Shown: one piece after another, positions 37,346-49,490 of the stretch
Layout of the letters: every line of letters begins with the position of its first letter
How positions within the stretch are numbered: position 1 is the stretch's first letter
From: Octopus bimaculoides
Lineage: Eukaryota
Direction: 5' to 3'
Assembly (NCBI RefSeq): GCF_001194135.2
Contig: NC_068985.1
Span: 10,567,763-10,631,762, forward strand
DNA length: 64,000 nt
Made by a program: the position numbers and the translations under genes
Notes under the pieces: generated by a model
Database searches by the model: none
The model's input: the letters and a program-made list of their open reading frames with translations, nothing else
Told to the model about the DNA's origin: nothing

Positions 37346-39667
37346 NNNNNNNNNNNNNNNNNNNNNNNNNNNNNNNNNNNNNNNNNNNNNNNNNNNNNNN
37401 NNNNNNNNNNNNNNNNNNNNNNNNNNNNNNNNNNNNNNNNNNNNNNNNNNNNNNNNNNNNNNNNNNNNNNNNNNNNNNNNNNNNNNNNNNNNNNNNNNNN
37501 NNNNNNNNNNNNNNNNNNNNNNNNNNNNNNNNNNNNNNNNNNNNNNNNNNNNNNNNNNNNNNNNNNNNNNNNNNNNNNNNNNNNNNNNNNNNNNNNNNNN
37601 NNNNNNNNNNNNNNNNNNNNNNNNNNNNNNNNNNNNNNNNNNNNNNNNNNNNNNNNNNNNNNNNNNNNNNNNNNNNNNNNNNNNNNNNNNNNNNNNNNNN
37701 NNNNNNNNNNNNNNNNNNNNNNNNNNNNNNNNNNNNNNNNNNNNNNNNNNNNNNNNNNNNNNNNNNNNNNNNNNNNNNNNNNNNNNNNNNNNNNNNNNNN
37801 NNNNNNNNNNNNNNNNNNNNNNNNNNNNNNNNNNNNNNNNNNNNNNNNNNNNNNNNNNNNNNNNNNNNNNNNNNNNNNNNNNNNNNNNNNNNNNNNNNNN
37901 NNNNNNNNNNNNNNNNNNNNNNNNNNNNNNNNNNNNNNNNNNNNNNNNNNNNNNNNNNNNNNNNNNNNNNNNNNNNNNNNNNNNNNNNNNNNNNNNNNNN
38001 NNNNNNNNNNNNNNNNNNNNNNNNNNNNNNNNNNNNNNNNNNNNNNNNNNNNNNNNNNNNNNNNNNNNNNNNNNNNNNNNNNNNNNNNNNNNNNNNNNNN
38101 NNNNNNNNNNNNNNNNNNNNNNNNNNNNNNNNNNNNNNNNNNNNNNNNNNNNNNNNNNNNNNNNNNNNNNNNNNNNNNNNNNNNNNNNNNNNNNNNNNNN
38201 NNNNNNNNNNNNNNNNNNNNNNATATATATATATATATGAGTGTGTGTGTGTATGAATATATATATGTGTATGTATTGTATGTATGTATGTAAACATGTA
38301 TATGACTGTATGTATGTATAATGCAGAGAGAGAGATAATCTAATCTATATCTATCTTGAGTGATAGATATATAAGTTAGAGATGCGTCTAATATTAAATA
38401 CATAAAAATATTGTAAAGTTTACAATTCCACATACGATCCGAGTAAACTATGCCAAACAACTTCTTAAGTATCTACTCATTTCTCATTCATAGCCATAAA
38501 ACATAATCTGAAGTGCGTAGGCCTGTATATAGGAAATCTATGAAGAATCTTGATTTGTTGAGATTTTAGTAGACAAAACTGTCTGTCTATTGATAAATTT
38601 CGCAAAAGATCACTGATTGCAGATATTTACTAAAAATAGCAAGTTGAGAGCAATTAATATTTTTGGCTATGATAGGCACTTGGCAAATTTAAAAGGATGG
38701 ATGAAATAAAATAAGAACTAACAAAATACATTACTTTAAAGAAGTACAACTACATCGCTAATAAGGCTAAAATATATAAAATTGTATAGCAATATCGTTG
38801 TTACTTAAGGAATCAATTGCAAATTTGAATGATCGTATGCCCGCAAAACAAACAACTTTCGATGACAGTGTTTCTATTAGGTCAGCAATCACAAGATAGA
38901 GAAGGAAAGTGTACTCTAGAATGCCTTGATTTACTAAATCAGTGATGACTTGTGGAGGTACAACATAGAGTAAACACTTGATTTGCAAGAAACAGCAGAA
39001 GAATTTTCTTTGAGTTACATAAGAACAGAATAAGAAGAGTACACACATATACACATAAAGCTGAGAGTAGCAAGTGGCTGACTCGTCTAAAACGATATAC
39101 AATTGTACGTATATGTGTGTATATGTGCATGTATGTATGCTTCATTTATAATGAAGGAAATATATGTTTCTAGCATAAAGTGGTTAGGAGTACATAATAT
39201 GCTAAACAAAGGAAGGAATGAAACTGGTAGGAGTCGAGGACGATAAAGCTGACAAATGTCAACTGTTGAAATTTATTTGAATAACAAGATCAAAAGAAAT
39301 GAGGACATAAAAAACAACAACCACAGCTGCACCAACAGTAACATCAACCACAACAACAAATACTACTGCTACTACTTCAACTGCAACCGCTACACATTTA
39401 CACGCTCATGTTGTTACTGAAGTATCCTTACTGAGCCTACGTTTGGATTCCATTACATTGATTGTACAGATTACATTTGTTTTTTCTTTTACTTTTCTCA
39501 GTTTATAAATATTTTACTATCATCTCTACAAATGTCGAATTATGATATATGTCTGCATACACATCTCGGCATACATACATGCACGTAAACATGCACATAG
39601 ATGTACATGCACACATTGATGCTCTACTACTGCCATTGATGTTACTGCTAGTAACATTAATAATTAT

Positions 39668-40060
39668 TTCAAATTTTTGACACAAGGGCAGCTTGGGGGT
39701 GGTGTGGATGAGTCGATTACATTGATCCCAGTGTGCAACCGGTACTTATTGTATCGACCACCGAAAGCATAAAAGGTAAAGTCGACCTCGGCGGAATTTG
39801 AACTCAGAACGTAGCGACGGGCGAAATAAGACTGAGCATTTCGTCCAGCGTGCAACCGATTCTGCCAGCTCACCGCCTTCAAGTAACATTAATAATAACG
39901 GTCTACTTCAAATTTTGCTGCAAAGCCAGTAATAAGTATATGACTGGTATTTTATTTCATCGACGCGATAGGATGAAAGGCAATGTTGACTTCAATGGTA
40001 TTTAGATTCGGAAAGTAAAGAGCCGGAAGAATATCGCTGCTAAGCATGTTCTCTAACGCG
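39668..40060 (-). mobile_element. Two tandem SINE family C copies
   Basis: 39668-39885 nearly intact (gtcgacctcggcggaatttgaactcagaacgtagcgacgg...ccagctcaccgcctt); 39905-40060 degraded. Confidence 0.8.
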
Positions 40061-40283
40061 TAAGAGTGATGCTACAAGTTTTTGAAATTAATTCATATGA
40101 AGTGAAAATTCTGTTGTCGAGCAACAGAAAAAAACCCCGTAATTCTATAGGACAAGGTACCATTTTATACAATGACTTCAAAAATTCAACGGGGCAATAT
40201 TAAATCAAGTTGTACAACTCTGCATTGCTTGGCAGAAGCAAAGCCAAATACCCTAAACTGTGTGCAGAGCAAAAATCATTATT

Positions 40284-40496
40284 CCATAACATATTACCAA
40301 GTATATTAAGGGTTCATAAGTCAATACTCTGTTCTACCTGTGTTAGCAGTGCGATTCAATCATTTTAAAAAATGGCTCTAGTTTCTGTGGAGAATCTACA
40401 GAGATAACTTTAAAAAGAGATTGAAGTGCACTGCTAACACCGGTAGGACAGAGTATTGACATATAAGCCTTTAATATACTTGGAAGTATATTATGG
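40284..40496. repeat. 213-bp fold-back (near-complete palindrome), probably a MITE
   Basis: The left arm ccataacatattaccaagtatattaagggttcataagtcaatactctgttctacctgtgttagcagtgc... is complementary to the right arm ...gcactgctaacaccggtaggacagagtattgacatataagcctttaatatacttggaagtatattatgg. Confidence 0.85.
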
Positions 40497-41944
40497 TTGC
40501 ACAACGAAACACGGTGTCCTTATCAGCAATTGATATTATATACAAAGTAAGTTAAGATTCGTGAAAGTCATTCCAGTTTAGTTTAGTTTCCAGTCATATA
40601 GAATCTGCTATATATTAGCCAGATATTCTTGTTTGTGTATTTTCAAACTACGTTTGATTGTTTCTTAAACCGAAGTCGATGGTGGTTATTGTCAGAACGT
40701 TGAAACAGTATAGAAAATTCTGAAACAAATGTATTTAGTACATTGTTGACGCCTCTATATAATATAGTCTTCCTTTTAACCTGAGGTTGAATTAAACAAG
40801 ACTGGTGCAAGAAAGTAACTTCAAAGTAAATAATGAGGTTTCTTTTGCTACAGAGAACGTCTATATGTACATAGATAGGATACTGTTTACAGACTCAGCG
40901 CTGTTGTGTAACTGGTACTTTTAGCAGTGAACACTACACGGTAAACAAAGCAACGATTAAAAAAGAACTTTAATAGCGAAGGGTGAAACTATTGTCCAAT
41001 TTAATCCAGGTTTTATTTTATCTCCAGCTTCAATGTTTCGTCTTTTAAGTATTGTATATAAGATATTTTAAGAAAGGCATAAATGATTAAATTACTCCAT
41101 CGTCATAAAACGAAACACAATAGATGGTAATGTAATCTGTTGAGTATTGGCAGATTGCTATAATTAATTAAGTCGTTTCCTAGTAACGAAATAAAGTGGC
41201 TTGTCATATGTAAGTGCAGATGTTAAATGACTGCTGACTTCGTATTCTATTTGTACCTCACCAAATGTAAACTAAGATAACTGTAAAATGTTGTTTGAAA
41301 AGCAAACAGACCATTGTCCACGTTACAAACAGGCTGACGATCCATCTGCATAGTATATTAACTAACAGAATTTTTCGTGACCAGGACATATTATTTTTTA
41401 CGTCCTTCCTATTTACATGTGTGTCAAAAAGAATTAACTTTCACTGGGCTGGTTTTTATGTAATGCAGTCTGTTTACAGATAAAGATACAGAACGCACTC
41501 AATATGGGTTATTTATTTTAGATTACGTGTTTCAAGGTTGGTTTTATCAAATTATCAGTCATCCAGGAAGTGCATTTCCGTTATGATTTCAAAACAATTT
41601 AAAGGCAAATATTCTAAAGTTTTGTTCTACGTTCATTTAATACTACAAGAAAAATCTTTCCATTTCAGTGTTTACCGATTTAGTTTTATGACGACAGAAT
41701 TAGTATTACATATTAACTTCTAAACTGTCATCCAAGACTACTTATTGTAATATCAGATTAAACTCACTCAGTAGTTTTAGTGAAATAAGTATGTTTCTAA
41801 ATTGTACGGATGTGTCCGGATGATAGTAATACATGTATAATGTTACGCGGATTAGATTAAAGGGAGTTAAATACCGTCATCGTAAACTCATTGCTGTCTT
41901 GGCCACGCGATGTAATAAAAAGACCCCTTGACGCGCCGTCTTGC

Positions 41945-42250
41945 ATTCTGGCGCTCCAATGGTTACGACGACCATGTTTCCATTTGATTCCATCAAGGGA
42001 AAAGCCTGTTCGAGAAATTAACGTGCAAGTGGATGATTACTTCACACACAAGTGAAAAATAGCTGAGCACTTAACTTAGTTTTCGGGGAGATTCAGCGTG
42101 ACACAGAACGTAACAAGGCTGCACCTTTCAAGTAGAGCTACGCATCATTTTTACCAGCTGAGTCGATTGGAGCAACGTGACACCACGACTCGAACTTACG
42201 AGTTTACGACCGTGAGCTGAATATGCTACCTACTGAGCCACGCGCCTTCC
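41945..42250 (-). mobile_element. SINE family B variant, degraded
   Basis: aaattaacgtgcaagtgg...ggagattcagcgtgacacaga...ctactgagccacgcgcc. Confidence 0.7.
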
Positions 42251-42256
42251 TGCAGC

Positions 42257-42307
<51 letters not shown>

Positions 42308-42412
42308 TAGCATAGAGGTTACGTATATATCGGAGAAAATGTTAACATTTTTGAGAAAACCAATAAATATTTGCTTTCGAACTAACCTTCCTTACAATAT
42401 ATTTGTTCTAGT

Positions 42413-42628
42413 AAGACGGCGAGCTGGCAGAAACGTTAGCACGCCGGGCGAAATGTTTAGCGGTATTTCGGATGTCTTTACATTCTGAGTTCAAATTCCG
42501 CCGAGGTCGATTTTGCCTTTCATCTTTTCGTGGTCGATAAATTGAGTACCAGTTGTGTACTGGGTCGATCTAATCGACTGGCCCCTCCCCCAGAATTTCG
42601 GGCCTTGTGCCTAGAGTAGAAAAGAATA
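42413..42628 (+). mobile_element. SINE family C, full length (reference copy)
   Basis: A-box-like tggcagaaacgttag, B-box gagttcaaattcc, central gcctttcatcttttcgtggtcgataaattgagtaccag (resembles the Meta-type central SINE domain, from memory), tail gtagaaaagaat. Confidence 0.9.
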
Positions 42629-44818
42629 TATTTGTTCCAGTGAAGTTGCGTATGTATTTCGGGCGCACTCTCACCATCATAGTTACTAGTGTTTGCGCCA
42701 ATCAAAGACAATAACCAATATATCTATTGAAGGAGGTAGTGCTTCAGTCAGGCTATAATCTTCATAGCTTCTACCAATCTGAATGAAAAAGAAAATTGTA
42801 GTTTAAAACCCGTTTTTAAAATTACAAAATTTCCATTGATCTGCTGAGAATTCGTTATCTGAATTGAAATATAGAATTGCAAAATTACGAAGCTGACATT
42901 TAACCCATGACACTAACTTTACCCTTCAAAGGTTGTCAAAGAACTTGTGATGTTTATTTATCAGTTTCTACTCCTAGTTTGAATAATGCTTTATACAACT
43001 TTGCTTTACATATTACCTGGATCGATAAAATACGTAGTGGATTGGTTGTGGTATAGAATATTTCAGTCACAATCCACTCCCATAATTGTGGCATCGTCTC
43101 CACGATAGAAATCAACAAGAATTGAAGTAGCTAAGTGTTTAGCCATGTTTTTAGCCTCAGTTGACTTCCATAATATTCAAGTTGCCATGGAGTGTATAAA
43201 TGAAAGAAGAGATAGAGAGAGACAGAAAAACAGATAGAGTGAGAGATTGAAAAGTCGCGCTTGCATGTTGATCAAACGCAATAATATAAATTCAGGAGAA
43301 ATATTTTTTAGTGAATAATTAAATAGAGAAGTACCTTTAATCTCACATCTGAAGTTACCCACTTTCAGATGTGGCAACCTACGCACCGATTTATATTTAA
43401 ACCAATTATTTGTAAAGCCGTAATATTGTTGTTCGTATTTGTCGGCACACGATATTGAAAGCCTTATATTTTCCTCTGGGAATATTACATAAATACAAAA
43501 AAGGAATTCTTTTATAACCATGAGAGCAATTTTATATAACACCGTTCTGTCTGACATGATCGAATATAGCAAATTGCTGTTGTCAACGAAGTCAGTGGAA
43601 TGTGCATTTGATAAAAGATACACGTGGCCTAAATTTTCATTTTCATTTGACTTAGGAACACAGGTACAAAGTGAGGTGATATAAATTGTCGATAAGCTAA
43701 ACCTCAGTAACTGACTGAATTTTATTCATATTACTGTCACATCTACGAAATTAATCTACGAAGGCTTAAACTCTGAACTTAAAGAACGATAACTCGATAC
43801 TGCTTATCATTTTGACCGACTGAAGAATGATTCTGCCAAACAACCGACATATTTAATTTGTTTCTTTAACAGTCTCTTGTTATTAATTATTCCCATATTC
43901 TCTCCACCATAACCTAGCTGTTAGACCTGTCACCATTATAGGTATTGTATGAAGCCAAACAAAGAGCCACTACATAATTGTAGATCTTCCTAGAAACAGC
44001 AGTCTAATCTCTCTTAAACAATAGCATACGCTCTTAAAAACAGACAAAAATATCAGTGCGGAATATATTGAAGTACTTGGTAACATTTTTACTTTTAAAT
44101 AAGTATGGATGTTAAAGGCTGAAACAACTTGAGTCATATATTATCTCAAACAGGCCAGACTTCGAAATGAACAACAATCCGAAGTGTATTGCATATTTCA
44201 GGAGTCACGTTGAATGTTTCACTAAGGTTTTTAACTCCGAAGTTGCATTGTTATGGAAATCTCTCATTGCCTTCATTTTTTTTTTGGGGGGGGGGGNNNN
44301 NNNNNNNNNNNNNNNNNNNNNNNNNNNNNNNNNNNNNNNNNNNNNNNNNNNNNNNNNNNNNNNNNNNNNNNNNNNNNNNNNNNNNNNNNNNNNNNNNNNN
44401 NNNNNNNNNNNNNNNNNNNNNNNNNNNNNNNNNNNNNNNNNNNNNNNNNNNNNNNNNNNNNNNNNNNNNNNNNNNNNNNNNNNNNNNNNNNNNNNNNNNN
44501 NNNNNNNNNNNNNNNNNNNNNNNNNNNNNNNNNNNNNNNNNNNNNNNNNNNNNNNNNNNNNNNNNNNNNNNNNNNNNNNNNNNNNNNNNNNNNNNNNNNN
44601 NNNNNNNNNNNNNNNNNNNNNNNNNNNNNNNNNNNNNNNNNNNNNNNNNNNNNNNNNNNNNNNNNNNNNNNNNNNNNNNNNNNNNNNNNNNNNNNNNNNN
44701 NNNNNNNNNNNNNNNNNNNNNNNNNNNNNNNNNNNNNNNNNNNNNNNNNNNNNNNNNNNNNNNNNNNNNNNNNNNNNNNNNNNNNNNNNNNNNNNNNNNN
44801 NNNNNNNNNNNNNNNNNT

Positions 44819-45086
44819 CTAAAAACAGAAACAATTCCTATTATAGTAGGTGCCTTAGGTATAATATAAAAATATTCAGACAAATACATAACAAAAACAC
44901 CAGGACTTACAAATATATATAACATACAGAAAATTGCACTACTGGGCACAGCACACATCCTACGCAAAACACTTTCAATACAGTAACCATAAGAGCACCA
45001 CAGCAAACCACAGCACATACCCAAGGCGCACAGAGCTGCGCTCGGTAGTGAAGTGAAAGCACGTTATAAAAATAAAACTACTGAAC

Positions 45087-45142
<56 letters not shown>

Positions 45143-45156
45143 CAACAACAACAACA
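44819..45156 (+). mobile_element. 3' end of a Dong/R4-like REL LINE (second family) with an (AAT)n tail
   Basis: One frame reads LKTETIPIIVGALGII*KYSDKYITKTPGLTNIYNIQKIALLGTAHILRKTLSIQ* (stop at 44984-86), then a short 3' UTR and (AAT)n(AAC)n. P.IVGALG...QK.ALLGTA.ILRK is typical of this C-terminus. Confidence 0.85.
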
Positions 45157-46540
45157 TTGTTATCAACATCGTGGGTTCAGCTGTTTCGTCTTTAGAAATA
45201 ATCAAAATCACAATCGTAATCAATCATTGCTTACAAAAATATGTCATTTATGAGAAGTTTATAGTGGAAGTTTGACTCTTCTGTCGATGTCGGGGTATGA
45301 ACGTCGTATGAAAGTGGTGAATATGCCACAAAAGTGTGTATTTAAAAATTCATTCTTAAGTAGGATCACCATGACACAATACAAGATCGGATCCTTCCAT
45401 TACAGATGCAATCCATGCGTGCGACGGATTTTGCAAAGTCTTCTAATTTAACTCATGAGAAACTGTGTGAAAGGAACTACGTAGTGGTATCGAACCTGGC
45501 TCCTAATGTTAGGAAGCGGACTTGTTACCAACATAACCAGCCCCGCTTTATAGTTTAATACTATCAACATTACCTCAGCGACAGAGTAGATACCTGCGTG
45601 CTTGGATTTCACAAGAAACTAATGGAACATGATTCAGACTAAGCTATTTGTGGGTTTGACTGCACTTTTCCTACTAAATCGACCAGCACACTTATATTCC
45701 AGATATTAAAAATGTTTCCCTTTTACAGTGACAGTGAAATACAACCGATAAAATCCTATGTTGATCTCAGCTAAATATTTATTCTGTTCTCATTGAGGCT
45801 GAAGATGTCTTGCGTTGATTGCTTACTCACTCCAAATTCGTTTCATTAAACGTATTTTTCTAAAATCTGTCCTGAGAAACAGCAATTAGAAAAGATCATT
45901 TCCTGAAATATCATGACAGTAAATACATTAAATTGGTATAACGTTTCTATACTTACTTACTTCTATTTCACTTTACCACTAATTGTATCAATGAGTGGTG
46001 TATATATATGTATATATATANNNNNNNNNNNNNNNNNNNNNNNNNNNNNNNNNNNNNNNNNNNNNNNNNNNNNNNNNNNNNNNNNNNNNNNNNNNNNNNN
46101 NNNNNNNNNNNNNNNNNNNNNNNNNNNNNNNNNNNNNNNNNNNNNNNNNNNNNNNNNNNNNNNNNNNNNNNNNNNNNNNNNNNNNNNNNNNNNNNNNNNN
46201 NNNNNNNNNNNNNNNNNNNNNNNNNNNNNNNNNNNNNNNNNNNNNNNNNNNNNNNNNNNNNNNNNNNNNNNNNNNNNNNNNNNNNNNNNNNNNNNNNNNN
46301 NNNNNNNNNNNNNNNNNNNNNNNNNNNNNNNNNNNNNNNNNNNNNNNNNNNNNNNNNNNNNNNNNNNNNNNNNNNNNNNNNNNNNNNNNNNNNNNNNNNN
46401 NNNNNNNNNNNNNNNNNNNNNNNNNNNNNNNNNNNNNNNNNNNNNNNNNNNNNNNNNNNNNNNNNNNNNNNNNNNNNNNNNNNNNNNNNTGATATGTATA
46501 GAAAAAAGTCAAGGTAGAAAATGGTAAAATAATTTTATAA

Positions 46541-46615
<75 letters not shown>

Positions 46616-47348
46616 CGTAAATGCATATGAGAATGTGAACCTCGCGAATCAGCTGTTATGTATTGACTACTGAAGAATAGAACGAACATAATTGGTATGC
46701 TGTAGAAACAAACATCCGATAATCTGATATATGTGAATGCATGTGTGTGTATATATGTATACATGTATGCATGTGTCAGGATATTAGTTTGCAATGGAAA
46801 AGGAATATAGATGTTATTGGAGTTTCTATGCTTTGTTTATTCTTCAATGCTCGTAGGTTGCACTGTTCTTCTTCAGCATATATATAGTAAAAAATTTTAA
46901 TTGGGTTATTCAGCTCAGGCGTATGGATTTCCTTGCGAAAGAAACCAAAATTCTCGTTACAGACAAAAGTCTTAAAAGAAAAAAAAAAAGAAAAAAAAAT
47001 TAAAAAACAAGCGTATGCAGATGAACAATGTGTTTTTGTTGTCTCGTGATAATCGTGTCTAGAATGCATTTGATCCTAGTACTTGTGGATCAAATCGTAT
47101 ATCAGACAAAGCAACAACAACGGGAAATATTATTAACCCGTACACACCGTCCATATCGGTTCTACATCCTACACTAATTTGAGGGCACTGTTCGGGGAGG
47201 CATCCAGTGTCTTTGGCGAGTTGATCTACTTACGTTGTGTTCAGACGACTCGCTCGAGTACGGCCATGCTTTGGCATCCGTAGTATTACGTGACTTGCCA
47301 GCTGTTGTTTAGCTCGCCAGCGATGTTCCATAAAACGCAGGCGCCTTT

Positions 47349-47453
47349 AATCTACATGGGACTTACACCCGAATGTTAAGATCAGTCTTAAACATTCCTT
47401 GGAGAACTCATTCCGTCAAGAAACAGATGTATGGAGATTACCCACCTGTTTCA
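47349..47453 (+). mobile_element. RTE-type (RTE-X-like) LINE fragment
   Basis: NLHGTYTRMLRSVLNIPWRTHSVKKQMYGDYPPVS matches the LDG.YTRMLR..LNI.W..H.T...LYG.LP motif downstream of the RT domain. Confidence 0.75.
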
Positions 47454-47936
47454 CCTTTATGCAATATTCATAATCGCTCTAAAGAAACCCCATTATTCCA
47501 ATTTCTGTCTGTAACTTAGTTCAAATAAAATCAAAATTATTGTAAAATGAAAATGCGAGTGTTGGTTTTCCACAAGGATCTGAGTTATAATTTCTAAAAT
47601 ATGATCTTGTATAAAGAATCGAAATCTTGTATAGCTGTTCTATTCCATTTTCTCTTCTCTAAAGCGTTCCTGCTGTCTTAGACAATGCTACAATATGCTA
47701 TGAAATAATTTAACAATAAAATATCATCTAAAATATTTCATGATATGACCTCTCAATAAACCGTTGACATACATGTACACAAGTTTACACAGATATTTGC
47801 ACATATGTTCAAATGTAAGCATATAGTCATGGATATTAAAATACGAACGAATAACATGTTACACAAAAATACCTTTCCTGTGTCTATACAGACGTCGATC
47901 ACTCTCCATCTTTCATCCTGTCTAAATCTCTATCTT

Positions 47937-47971
<35 letters not shown>

Positions 47972-49114
47972 CTCTCTCTCTGTTTCTCTCTCTCTGTTTC
48001 TCTCTCTCTCTCTTACTCTCTCTCTCTCTCTATTTCTCTCTCTCTCTCTCTCTCTCTNNNNNNNNNNNNNNNNNNNNNNNNNNNNNNNNNNNNNNNNNNN
48101 NNNNNNNNNNNNNNNNNNNNNNNNNNNNNNNNNNNNNNNNNNNNNNNNNNNNNNNNNNNNNNNNNNNNNNNNNNNNNNNNNNNNNNNNNNNNNNNNNNNN
48201 NNNNNNNNNNNNNNNNNNNNNNNNNNNNNNNNNNNNNNNNNNNNNNNNNNNNNNNNNNNNNNNNNNNNNNNNNNNNNNNNNNNNNNNNNNNNNNNNNNNN
48301 NNNNNNNNNNNNNNNNNNNNNNNNNNNNNNNNNNNNNNNNNNNNNNNNNNNNNNNNNNNNNNNNNNNNNNNNNNNNNNNNNNNNNNNNNNNNNNNNNNNN
48401 NNNNNNNNNNNNNNNNNNNNNNNNNNNNNNNNNNNNNNNNNNNNNNNNNNNNNNNNNNNNNNNNNNNNNNNNNNNNNNNNNNNNNNNNNNNNNNNNNNNN
48501 NNNNTATATATGTACACACACAGACACACACACGCATATATATACATATTCGCACACACACACACATAGACGCTTATACATATGTGTGTATCAGTAGACG
48601 TATATAGCACCATCTCAGACTCAAATAAACTAATTTATTTCAAAATATCAGTTCCCATTAAATTCTATTGTCTCCTCCGTCTACATCTTCATACACACAC
48701 ACATTCTAAAAACCCTCACAACCTTTCTTTCCATCTAGACAAATCAATATTTGTACGAATCTTTATGCTTCAATAAACTCTATTTTCACAAACAAACTTT
48801 CTCATATGCTCAATCTCCATGTCACTGAGTCCATTCATTCGAATGAAAATGAGGAAAATATTAACTATCATATTTTCAAGTTACGAAAACAGACTTGTTT
48901 ATCTGTCGACCTACCCGTCCCCTAACACACGCACTCAAAATTACCTAACTCCCACTTTTTTTTTTTTTCACGCATGATAAGCCGACAGATAATGTGTTCA
49001 TATTCTTATTTAAAACCCAGCCTATGGCTTTGCAATTTTTAAATGCATTTAATTTCTTTAGATTTAATATGTGCATGAAATAGATTCCATAGCCTATTAG
49101 CTTATATCATATCA

Positions 49115-49176
<62 letters not shown>

Positions 49177-49212
49177 CATTCATACATGTGTGTGCGTGTA
49201 TGTACGTATGTA

Positions 49213-49490
49213 TATATACTCCTTCGCCTCAACTTTCTCTCACTCTTTCTTCCTCTTNNNNNNNNNNNNNNNNNNNNNNNNNNNNNNNNNNNNNNNNNNN
49301 NNNNNNNNNNNNNNNNNNNNNNNNNNNNNNNNNNNNNNNNNNNNNNNNNNNNNNNNNNNNNNNNNNNNNNNNNNNNNNNNNNNNNNNTATGGATTGGCGT
49401 CCCGTCTAGCTGGGGGGAACACATACGCCGTAGAAACCGGGAAGCCGAGCCCATGAGCCTGGCTTGGCTTCGAAAGGGCGCATAAAAAAA
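49213..49490 (+). mobile_element. Family-B-related SINE with an alternative 3' tail (gap inside)
   Basis: caactttctctcactctttcttcct is shared with family B. After the gap, the tail atggattggcgtccc...catgagcctggcttggcttcgaaagggcgcat differs from family B. Linkage across the gap is inferred. Confidence 0.45.

Noticed and set aside
38767-39102. 111-aa hydrophobic minus-strand ORF containing FLLYLVIADL, reminiscent of class A GPCR TM2
   Set aside because: No TM1 GN motif, no TM3 DRY, no further helices or splice support; the ORF begins in microsatellite-like sequence. Probably chance.
43177-43623. 148-aa minus-strand ORF
   Set aside because: No recognisable domain, AT-rich low-complexity codon use, and it ends in a CT-repeat. 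Likely spurious.
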